This document shows positions 37,801 through 48,479 of a stretch of DNA of 64,000 bases, one piece after another (within the stretch, counting starts at the first letter, position 1; every line of letters starts with the position of its first letter). The notes beneath the pieces were generated by a model, which searched no databases, was not told the DNA's origin, and saw only the letters and a list, made by a program, of their open reading frames with translations. The DNA is from Orbicella franksi (taxonomy: Eukaryota): positions 1,922,001 to 1,986,000 of the forward strand of contig OZ116699.1 in NCBI GenBank assembly GCA_964199315.1. Reading direction: 5' to 3'. The translations under genes and the position numbers were made by a program.

Positions 37801-40800
37801 TTTTATAAAATGTTTTCAGAAAAATCTTTCCATGCCTGTTTATTTTTACAAGAATAAAATTGCAGTGAACATCAAGATTGATATAATTATAATAATATAC
37901 AAAGACGGAGTGGCAAATGATATTTATATTATTTCAATTTGATTTACTCCAAACAGTCTTCTAGATCTGTTACTCTTCTAAAACTGTCTTTTGCTCCTTA
38001 AAACAAACTCGAGTCATTTGATATATGATTCTTATATATTATATAGTATAGTTTGTCGCAACTTGTTTTCCAAATGGATAGTATTTGTGACTTACTACTC
38101 AAAATGTATCCTCCTGCATGGAACTAAAAAAATGTAGCATTTTAAGTTTTCTTTCTGGTCTTAAATATGTAATTAGGACCACTTGATATTGCATGCTCTG
38201 TCATGACTAATATGTAGGATATTTCCTGCACAGGGGACATGGTTTCATTGCTGCATGATGTTAGTGCATGGCCCAGTATAACACCCCCGACGTCACCCTG
38301 TAAGATGACATCCTCTAGTTTTAAAATCTGAAACCTTCACTGTTGAAACATACATTGCCTCTAGAGTGTTGGAAATGTTGCCCTCATTTGTTAAAAATAA
38401 AAAATAAATAAATAAATAAAAACCAGTGAAATTAAGAAATTATCCAAGAAGCTTTTGTTGTAACCGAATATTTTATCAAATTGCCATAGCAGGCACGGAG
38501 TGATCATGATAAAGTCATGGCCAAATTGTTGTACAGTTTAAATAAATCATTTTATTTAGCTGCATTTTGTCATGTACACACCCATGTAATTCCTGGCCAA
38601 GTTTCACTCTCGTACTGACTGCCACTACCGATATTGTGGTTCCTGTACGCTGCCATTTTGGATTTTGCTTTTTAACATTACAATGCAAAATTCGAAAGAA
38701 AACAAGAAGTTTTTTATTAGTTATTTAGACAATAGACCACAAGTTTTTATGGTTTATAGGCTGATAAAACCTGCGTGGTTTGTCATGCTACTAAACCATA
38801 GAAACTTGTGGTCTATTGCTTTTATATGATAATTCAGAAGACACGCGAAATTTCCATGTGTTTACTGGCACAATAAACCATAGCTGATTGACCAATCAGA
38901 GCACGCGCTTTTGTTTTATTATTGTCCAAATGTTATCCAAATGTGGTCTACAACTCTTTGCCATTGCATTTTGACATTTCAAACAACTGGAAGACAGTGT
39001 GTTCCAACAGTGCAGGTTTTATTTAATTGAGTACTCATACACATGTGACTACCAGTAAATTCTGGAATCATTAAAGTTAAATCTGATAGACTAACAGTGT
39101 ATTTAACCCTTGGATTTTTTATTTACCAAAACTATAAACCCCAAGTTAACCCTGACAGGTTCATTGTTACATGACACACAAAGGATCATGTTGCAGGGTT
39201 ACATGTGTATTTAGGGTCACCAAAACCTTGATGGGAACAAATATAATTAAGGGCATGTCGTAGTGACAACGTTTGTTGCACAAGCTGAGAGGTATCAGTG
39301 CACTCAAGGAGAAGTGTCACTGCTGTGACACGCCCTTCCATCATGACTCCTGGTATGAATCGACAAAGTTTCAGTCGGGACGTCAACAGTGTCATATTAA
39401 AGTTAGCATATACATGTACCTTTGAATGACTGATGTATACCGTACATGTACCTGTTAAGAATTTTATTAGGATATTTATATACTTACTAGTGATTTGATA
39501 CAACCAGGAATTGGTCATTTGGATTTGACTTGAAAATGTACAAAGACAGTTTCCCACGCAGATACTCTTTGGTACTATCACTCATGAATTATCTAGATGT
39601 ATGCTGCATGTAGGTGTCCAGACTCTCCGTTCTAAATGTAACATCCTGAGGAATGTGACTATCGTTGAGCAAATCGATTTATTTGGTAATTTCTTTCAAT
39701 TTTTCTTTCTTTCTTGTGCAAGTGAGTTTTTGAACTCATGTGTTCTGTTGTTTAGATTTTCTCCATCCCAGCATGAATGGTGAGAGTGATGCTGCTGGTT
39801 ATAGCAGTGAGGAAGACAGTCGTTACCCTCCGCAAATGGCTCTTACCCCCATACCGGGCTCGCCCGTCCCACCTGAGGATTCTAACCACAGCAACCCGAC
39901 CAGACCACCCATTCTGCCGAGGTTTAGCTTTGAGGTACATGTATGTTTCTTTTGTGCTGAGGCTGCGTTAGTTTATAATGCACTGGTCAATTTTGTTTAT
40001 GATTTGACCCAACTCAACATGAGCCATGACTTTTTTCTGGACATTGTCAGGCAGTCAAGTTAGCTTGTAATAATAGGGCGTGGGTTGTTCTCACTCCGGC
40101 ACCAACCCAACCCCTGTTATTACTGTAGCACCTGCTATGCAGGCTAAGAAGTGATGAATCCAACAGGTGCAGCATTAGCAGACAAATGGTGACATGACAG
40201 CTCTCGCTGCAGGGTGGTATAAATGCCTGTAAATTAATATCACTCAACGTATTCCAGTCATACATGTAGTTGCTGAAGTTCATAAAGGACGCAGTGGCCA
40301 TTGTGTGTGCTAGGTGAAATGTCAGTTTTGGTAAATTTATGCTAATATCAAGATCAGAAACAGCCGACATAAACTGAGATCCCGTTTGACAGGAGAGGGT
40401 TGAGGGGGTCGGGGAGGAGATCACGCTATAGTGATTGTTTAAGTTAGATGTTCTCTTTTTCTAGGATCAAGCACCCTTTGTGCGGCCATCAGGTACTACA
40501 ACCTCCACCCTGGCACCAATCAAATCCAAGACAATGCCAGAGAGACTACGACTGAATAACTACCGACCCACTCCCGTGAAAGCAGTGGATGTGAAGCCAC
40601 CCTCCCCCTCAGTGGACACTCAGTTAGCTCCACTCAAGGTGTCTAAAGCTAAGCAGAGTCCAGTCCCTTTGAATGTTAAAACCCAGCACACGAGTCCTAC
40701 GTCATCTAGTCCGCGGGAGACTGGGACTCCAGAGAGCAACGAGGCTGGAAAACAATGGGCAAGGAAAAGCAAAGTCAAGACGGATCCGCTTGCCCTCTCC

Positions 40801-43154
40801 CCTGTTGGGTTTGTTTTCACTCGTGTTATTGCTATAAATGTCGTGAATAGAGAGTGATTGTATAAGCGATTTTTCAATGGCTGGCATGGCATTACATATG
40901 CGAGCAAAGCTAAGATTATTCAGCTGTTCACCGAGATAAGCAACATGTTGAGGGGCTTTCAATCGATTGCTAAGTTGTTGTGTTGGCTTCAATTTTATCC
41001 CGAGATCAAGAATTGGTTTTCAAATCTTTCTCTATTAACCATTCAGAGAAAGCATGATGTTTCTTAAGTATTCAAGATCAACACCAAAACGTGACTAGCG
41101 TGGGTTCTCCCGCGGTCTACACCAGTTGCATTGTTTGACTTCCAAGTTGTGATGTGCTACGTGTGTTATTTGTATTTGTTGAAATTGGCTTGGTACTGGC
41201 CTTAAACTGTGATACTGATAGCCTTTTGATAACCCTTCGCCCAAGATATGTATTTTCCTAAATGATTGCCGGACGTTTTTGTTTTTGTTTTTGTTTTTGT
41301 TGTTTTTTTTCATGGAGAATTTAATGACACATCAAAGATACATGTTCATATCGTAGTAGTTGGTGACTATCTTTATTCTTATCACCTGTCCCTTTACGGT
41401 CCCACAAAAAAGAGCTTTGAAAACCATTACAAGCACACTATAATAGGCTCCTGTAGTTACCTGCTTTTGACTCATTTTTTGCTTGCTTTTTCTTTGTTAG
41501 TGACAATATAGAGCCAGACTTTTTCCGTAAAGTGAAAGACAAGCGTCCCTCCGCGGGAAGTACCGCTGGACAGATTCTGCCAGTCATTTCAGATAAGTCG
41601 AGTCACGTGACACAAGTTCAGGGCTCCAGACAGGATCAGATAGGTAACTTGAGAATCAAACAACGCTGTCCGGGAAGAGACCATTAATTTACAGTTGTCT
41701 GCTTGGTGACCTGGCCTTTGAATGGTAGCGAGACTGGAGGTGACCCCGCTTTGATACAGACCTCTCTGCTTTTGTCATGTAAATGCACCTAGTTAGAACA
41801 ACTTGATTTACACAACAAAAGCAGTAAGGTTTGTATCAAAACAAGGTCACCTCCAGCCTCACTGCCATTCAGGGACCAGGTCACTGAACAGACAACTGTA
41901 AAATGGTTTATTTCGGCAGCAAGATTCACTCCCTGCCTGCAAGCAGTGATGACATTTGCTACCTTGCTCTATACAACACCTGCCCCTCTCGGCAGTGTAG
42001 TAGCAACTCTACTAAACTTGTGATTCTAAATTCGTCCAAATGTAGCAGCTGTCATTTTTATTGGGCTACGGGCATTGTTTCTCTCAAAGGGTATCGAGCC
42101 ATCTTACAGTGAGGAGGTCCGAAATAACAGTTCCTGTTACTTGTAGGGTAAATTGCTCAGTTGGATGTCAGGAGTCGAGTTCTATTACAAGTAATGTTTG
42201 TAGCTGTAAATAATGTGTTTCAACCAACTGGCCGTTTTATTTTTCAGAAGCAAGGAAGAAAAACAAGAAGAAAACTTCCAAGAACCGAAGTATTCCTGAA
42301 GACTTAGGTACATCTTAAAAAGCCTTTTTGAATTCAATTTTGAAAATGTAACTGGCACCTTTCTGTTACCTGCGTGTTGTATCTGTGACCGTTAGCCTGT
42401 GAACAGGTTCCGGCTGAAAGGGTCTGACAGCGGCTGGGGCCGAGAAAGAACTGGTTGAGAGTGAAATGGCCGCAGAGGGAATGGGGTGGGGGTTGAGACC
42501 GCATCAAGAGGTTCCACAACAGTTTTTCTGCTCCGCTGACATTTTTTCTCGCTGTAGAAACCGATTCTTGTGAAAGTTCCTGTACCGCAACTTTATGTTG
42601 TATTTTCTTTTTTCCTTGCACTCATTTTGTTTTGTTTTTCTGTTCTTTTATAGACGTAAGCGGTGGAGAGGAAATGGAGGAAAGCGTCGAAGAAGAGACT
42701 CGATCAAACAGAAGTATAGGAATCTCAAAAGAAAAGACAAAGAAAAAGAAAAAAATTAGGAAAGTAATGAGCTGGAACTTCTAGTTATAAATAGATAATG
42801 TCATCCTTAAGGAATACACTCAGAAACCCAGAGGAGTTTAGAGCTCCACTGCACAATCTCAACCAAATGGACTCTTTTGGCCGGGTTTGTAACAGAGAAA
42901 AGCTTTGGGCTCCAGACTCCAAAGCGAAAACGGCAGTACATAGCACCAGGAGTCAAGAGACTCGCAAAATATAAAGTATGCAATTTACTATGTGCGCGGT
43001 TTGCGTGCACAGCTGAGGTGTGAAAGGTTACAGTCACGGAACAAAACAGTCTCCTCTCTCGCAGAAATTAGTCGCGGGAAGCGACGGGGACATGCGGGAA
43101 GAGGCGAGCAGGATACTCGATGCGAGCGGGATACACAAGGATCGATCTGCTTGA
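28838..43154 (+). CDS. ANKRD55: Ankyrin repeat domain-containing protein 55-like (N-terminal ankyrin array, low-complexity and basic C-terminus)
   Basis: Exons 28838-28934, 29340-29497, 29834-29943, 30624-30684, 30944-31072, 31790-31974, 32598-32803, (candidate 35167-35190), 37241-37465, 39756-39934, 40465-40808, 41501-41643, 42248-42307, 42654-42763, 43065-43154 (TGA). Repeats GRTPVALAAYQGWHDG, GRLPLHAAT, DNEGMTALHWAAFH, GRTPIHLAAAAG and RTPLHWAAATG follow the order and wording I recall for human ANKRD55. C-terminal exons are less certain. Confidence 0.8.
31120..31410. repeat. Palindromic interspersed repeat (MITE-like), CpG-decayed
   Basis: caagtgtgaggtcaagatggctggatattgg...ccaatatccagccatcttgactgaacaagcttg forms an inverted pair. 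Intronic. Confidence 0.7.
33825..33942. repeat. Short palindromic repeat
   Basis: aacaattattcacctcagtg...gtggtggatat / atatccaccac...cacttcagtaaataattg form inverted arms. Confidence 0.65.
41680..41905. mobile_element. MITE with long inverted arms
   Basis: tttacagttgtctg...ggtgacc...ggaggtgacc...ttgataca is mirrored by tgtatcaa...ggtcacctcc...ggtcac...cagacaactgtaaa. Confidence 0.7.
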
Positions 43155-44059
43155 CGCATCTACACCCGCACCGTCAGACCCGAACAGACTCAAACTCAAG
43201 GACTGCAATACAGTCTTTTCTTGTCATCAGTTCAAATTTAAGAGGATCTCCAGAAATTCGTTAACTTGCTTTTTGAGAACAGAGCTAGAGCCAGTGGGAA
43301 TTAGTAATATCAAGCTAACGATGTCAGAGATATAAATGGAGTGAAAACTGAATGAAGAAACTTGTAAAATTCAAGGCTAAGACTTTCCAGTCTGACTTGA
43401 AGTGATTTCTAAATGCTTCATTGTAGTTTTGAGCAACTTCCAGTTTACAACATACAATATGCAGCTGGGCCCATTGAGAATTATTATGCAGAATTGAACA
43501 GTACGATGTATAAATGAAATTATTTAATTATCATTTTATAAAGAGGTAATACTTGTTAGCAGAAGAATTTAAATTCAAAAAAATTGATTTTTTCCGAGAT
43601 TTTCATTTGTACAGAGTATAGTGAAGTATTTATTATTCCAATGATGTAAATTTTATTCCCATACGGTAGTTCGTGAAATGTAATTGAAATTGCAGATATT
43701 GCATGTTTAACCCAGAACGAGGCGAAACATAGTCTCCTGCCCATGTCCTCTCCGTATGTTAGAGAGGAAAAAGGCTAGGCAGGGGTACAAGGTGTCATTG
43801 CATACAGATATGAACAACTGTCCAACAGAAAGAAAGTGGCCTGTATATATTGGAGGTGGCAATCCATTCGTAGGATTGAATCTCAATTCTCTTTACCAAT
43901 TGTCATAAAATTTCTTGTGAAGTTAGTACGGAGAATTTAGTGGAACATCGAGAGAATGTTCATTTATTGTTGTCGCCTTTCTGCTCAACAATGTGTTGAT
44001 TTTCCCCCACGTAGCGACAAAGATTTTTTGCAACCCCCCCAACTCCAGGGGGAAACTGG

Positions 44060-44297
44060 TTAAAGGAGCTCAGTTAAAGTATTTTGAGTTCTTTTAGCCA
44101 GGTGCAAAATTATCTTTAAATTAAAGGAAACCTGAAAATAACAGTTTACTAAGATAGTGAAACAACCAAGAGATAATATTAAACCATAAAGGAGCAAGGA
44201 CGGTTAAGGATGGAGAAGATTGACACGGATTACAGACGAACTTGACAAATTTAGGCTAAACTTTTCAAGATGCGCAAACCGTGACGTAGCTCCTTTG
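44060..44297. mobile_element. Non-autonomous DNA element, Kolobok-like (TTAA context)
   Basis: Starts ttaaaggagct and ends agctcctttga. Short inverted termini, non-coding interior. Confidence 0.45.
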
Positions 44298-44901
44298 ATA
44301 GGTGCATGAAACGTTGATGAGTTCAGAAATTAGTTTTCATTTCTGTATTGCAATGCGAATGTGTCCGTTAGACGTTGTTGGAACTTTTTGTAATCAGTGC
44401 ACTGAGATAAAGTGTTGATACAAATTCATATAATTTGAGAAATATACGAAAATAATTTAGAGATTAGAATGAAAATATTAAGAGATGTAAATTATTATAG
44501 GAAAAGGTCAAATTCTTCAGCAACCTTAAAGTTATTCTCAGAGTTCAATTATTGATGTAAGAGATAAAATGAATAAATTAATAATCGTATTAAATTATTT
44601 ACGTACGCTTCTTTGAGCACAGACGTTTTATTCGTTACCGGGCGTCTCATTTATATCTGCCGGTGGTGGTAATTTCAGCTCTCGCTTTGTCGTTATCAGC
44701 CTCAGTTATTGAACATCTAGAACCTGAGTTCGATGGTTGTGAAGCAAGAAAGCTAGCATTTTTCCGAGAGTTTTCGTTTTGGCGACGCCCCTTAAGACAG
44801 AAACAAAACTCCCGTACAAATTATTTTTATTTCTCACCTCTCGCTGCTCATTGTTGGCCGAACGATGACTATCAAGGTAAACTTTGAACAAGTCCAAATT
44901 T

Positions 44902-45000
44902 ACTGAGAGCACACTAGGATCACTGAGAGCGCACGAACCTCGCCGAGAACACACGACAGTCACCGAGAGCGTACGAAAGTCGCTGAGAGCGCCCTAGGCT
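44902..45000 (+). repeat. Five-unit array with an exact 20-bp period
   Basis: Units start at 44902, 44922, 44942, 44962 and 44982: actgagagc, actgagagc, gccgagaac, accgagagc, gctgagagc, each followed by 11 variable bases. Confidence 0.85.
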
Positions 45001-45368
45001 GGTGGAATGAATGTGATGCTGACGTCAATGTGAAGCAACATTAGCCACAGGCGGCCCACCCTCCATCTGTGAGATCAGTTCTTTGTTTTCTGTTGACGTC
45101 ATCAAATGCTTCAATCAAAAATGTCATCGGCTATAAGACTTTCAAAATTTATATTTTCTCCCAAGCTTTCAGCTCGATAGCATCCTTTGGTTTTAGAGTA
45201 GAGCATTTTTAAAATCTTCCTTTCTACATCAAGACGGCCGCGGGAAGAACAGTGGATTTTAGCAGTCTACGGAAAGACTTGTTTAAACGTTGTATTTTGT
45301 ATAAACTGTTGATGTGAAGGTTACAGATGTTTGCTGATTGATTTGTTCCTCCTCGAGACACAAATATG

Positions 45369-47471
45369 TATGGAAAGCCATAACTTTCTTATGTGGTTGT
45401 TTATCATTATTTGGTGTGGTTTCTTCATTATGTGTTGTAGTACTTCATTATGTTGTGTGGTTTCTTCATTATATCCTGTAATGTAGTCCTCACGTGATGT
45501 GTTTTATCATGATGTGGTGTAATAACTTCATTATGTGGTGTGGTTCTATCGTGATGTATTGAGGTTGTTAAGTTATGTTTTGTGCTCTTGTCATGATGTA
45601 ATGTGGTTACGCTGTTATGTTGTCTGGTATCTTCGCTATGAGGTTTGATCATTACGTGATGTGGTTTCGTCTTTATGTCTTCTTGGCCTCACTTCCGATA
45701 CCAAGCTCTAGTACCCGGGCTTCACTCGCTATCACGAACTGGTGAAACCGGTTTTTAGATGGGTCCCAGTTCCTTCTCTTCCCCGGTGTTAAAGACAACA
45801 AAATGGCGGGAATAAGCAACGACATTTTGTCAACTATACTTGATAAGATGCACCTTGGTCATCTTATTGAGAACTTCCAGCGTGAAAAGGTAACTGTGGA
45901 TCAAATACGTAAGCTATCTTCGAAGAAATGGAACTTTTAGGTGTGAACGATCGCAACGCAGTGACGACTTTGGGTTAGAGTGTTTAAACTACGGTAGCAA
46001 TCCACCGTCAAGGAAACCAGGAAAACAAGTTTGTGGCGCCCCTGGAAACTTAATTTCTAAGTCAGTTTTAGAGGGGTACCTGGAGGATGGCTTTAATGTT
46101 AAGGACATCGCGTCGTTACTTTCTGTTTCAGAAAGTACTGTTTATCGAAGAATGGGTTGTTACGGCCTCAGTCAGTTGCAGCTCACAGAAAAAAAAGAAG
46201 ATCAGCTTGATGAAGTTGTAGAGGAAATAACTTGGGAATATCCTTCTTGTGGAGAGGGACTGCTAAAGCAAATACTGGCAGATCGGGGAATAAAGGTTCA
46301 GAGGATGAGGCTCCATGACAGCGTTCATAGGGTCGATCATGAAGGAGTCGAAAATAGGAAGAAAGGCCGTCTACGTCGAAGGACCTATGATGTTCAGGGT
46401 TCATTTCTTCAGAAGATAGCTTACATATTTGATCACGTGACAGTTAGCTTTTCACGCTGGAAGTTCTCAATATTAAAGATACCCAAGGTGCATCTTGTCA
46501 AGTATAGTTGACAAGTTGTCGTTGCTTGTTCTCGCTATTTTGTTGTCTTTAACACCGGGGAAGAGAAGCAACTGGGACCCATCTTGTTTAACCAGTTCGT
46601 GATAGCAAGAAGCCTGGGTACTAGAGCTCGGTATTGGAAGTGAGGTCAAGAAGACTGTAACTAACATTAAGCCGAAAAGACGCTTGGGTAAATTCCCAAG
46701 GTTCTTAGCGCGCGCTCGACAAAAACACGTGTGCTTGCCAACGCCAGATGTAAGGCAATCGAAGTTATCTTGCTCGTTTGTGACAAAATAGATCATTTTT
46801 TCCTTGGATCCTTTAAGATTTAAGACCAGTCATTGCCCTTCGTCGCTGGACAAAGGTATTTGTAACTCGTTTTCGCTCTGATTTATTGTATTGTCGTAAG
46901 ATTTTCTTGTATTTTGGCTTGCACATGTACTCGCGAACGGTTCAGTTTCTCATGGAATTTCGTCATGTATTTGCTTTCTAGTTTTACGGTTCTATCCTAC
47001 TGAGGAGATTAAAGAATCTGTAATTCTGCCAGCTATTTAATTGTTGATTGTCCTTTGGATCATTTTGGATGAATTTAGAGTCTATTTATCGAGCGAAAGG
47101 TCGCCGGTAACAAAGACATAAAGACGAAACCACATAACGTAATGATCAAACCACATATTGAGGATACCAGAAAACATAACAGCGGCGTAACCACATTACA
47201 TCATGACAATAGCACAAGACATAACTTAACAACCTCAGTACATCACGATAAAACCTCACCACGTAATGAAGTTATTACACCACATCATGATAAAACACAT
47301 CACGTGAGAGCTACATTACAACACATACTGAAGAAACCACAAAACACAATGGAGTAACTACAACACATAATGAAGAAACCACACGACGTTATGAAGTAAC
47401 TACAACACATTATGAAGAAAAAACACCAAATAATGATAAACAACCACATAAGAAAGTTATGGCTTTCCATA
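45369..47471. mobile_element. IS3EU-type DNA transposon derivative (non-autonomous, palindromic chimera)
   Basis: Termini TATGGAAAGCC...GGCTTTCCATA. 6-bp TSD AATATG (45363-45368, 47472-47477). Imperfect TIRs of about 320-360 bp containing cattatg subrepeats. Internal transposase 5' fragment. TAY..RTA termini with a 6-bp TSD fit IS3EU as I recall it from Repbase descriptions. Confidence 0.8.
45803..46402 (+). pseudogene. Truncated transposase N-terminus (SAM-like region + HTH; DDE core absent)
   Basis: MAGISNDILSTILDKMHLGHLIENFQREKVTVDQIRKLS / EEMELLGVNDR / ...GFNVKDIASLLSVSESTVYRRM...YPSCGEGLLKQILADRGIKVQRMRLHDSVHRVD...RLRRRTYDVQG. Two frameshifts (about 45922 and 45972). It ends just before the expected integrase-core motif. 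Confidence 0.75.
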
Positions 47472-48063
47472 AATATGGCCTATTCATACTGCTGAGCTTC
47501 ACAAATCCAGTTGAAAATTTGTGACGGATGACTTGAGTACGGAGTGTCTCGCAAACCTGAGATTGGAGAAGTTGATTATTTATTAATCTTCAATAATTTC
47601 AAACTCTTGTCCTCTTTTATTCAGTGGTTTCGATTGTACTTTTTCGTGGCGTGACAATATAAACCTGAGCTTGTATGGGAATATTTTAATGCGACTGTAT
47701 TTAGGAAGTGGAAATACTAGATAAAAAGTTCCTTCTCCGTCACTTGCACGCTGTATTCATTGTTGTCTGCTCGCCATAATACTTCGTTAATTCGAGTTCC
47801 TCTTCCTGCTCACGTGTAAACCCGTCTTAAGCATAAATTGAGTCATTACTCGTCTTCCTTCGTGTTTCTTTCGATCTTCCGGTCTCTGGGTTTTACAGAG
47901 GTAATATTTACTTTTAATCAATGGCAAAAAAACACCAATGGCAAAAAAAAACACATAAGTTGACACTCGGGGCGCTGTGGGTTGGTTCGGGGTAGGCGAG
48001 TCATAAATGTTCAGTATGAGAAAAAGTTTTGTCGCTTGCCATGTTTTACCATATAGCCACTGA

Positions 48064-48479
48064 GGCCTCGTCCGCACTGCTCCGGATGAAGAAAAAAGAG
48101 GTTTCGCTCTGAAAACGCATCAAATGTGTTCCGTCCACACTACGCCGGAGAAATTTAAAACACAATAATCACCGGTCATTTTGGATTTCTGTTTGAGGAA
48201 ACCTCGGACAGTGAATTCACAGGATTATCGTGACTAGATCGTTTTCGAAAAGCTTCTTCTTCAAAATGTTTTCCGTCCACACGAAAACGTAAAGCCGGCG
48301 TTTTTAAATTCCTCCGGTTTGAAGAGCGTTTTCGAAAAGTTTCGTTTTCATTGTTGACGGTAGGCCTAACCGTTGAAATAAAGCTGCGTTTTCAAATTTC
48401 TCCGGTGTGAAGAGCGTTTTCGAAAAGCTGCGTTTTCAAATTCCTCAGGCGTGGTATGAACCGGGGTGTTAACGGGGCT
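48064..48479. mobile_element. PIF/Harbinger-type MITE (same family as 14469-15034)
   Basis: ggcctcgtccgcac...ccgtccacactacgccggag...gtgttaacggggct, flanked by TGA on both sides. Confidence 0.7.

Noticed and set aside
42810-42975. Open frame RNTLRNPEEFRAPLHNLNQ...RKI* as an alternative last exon of ANKRD55
   Set aside because: No upstream donor of matching phase (phase 2) was found, whereas 43065-43154 fits directly.
44902-45000. CRISPR-like repeat-spacer array
   Set aside because: 9-bp cores and 11-bp mutually similar spacers, eukaryotic context, no cas genes.
45428-47357. His/Thr-rich ORFs (MIKPH...) on opposite strands
   Set aside because: They are translations of the repetitive TIRs of the IS3EU element, not genes.
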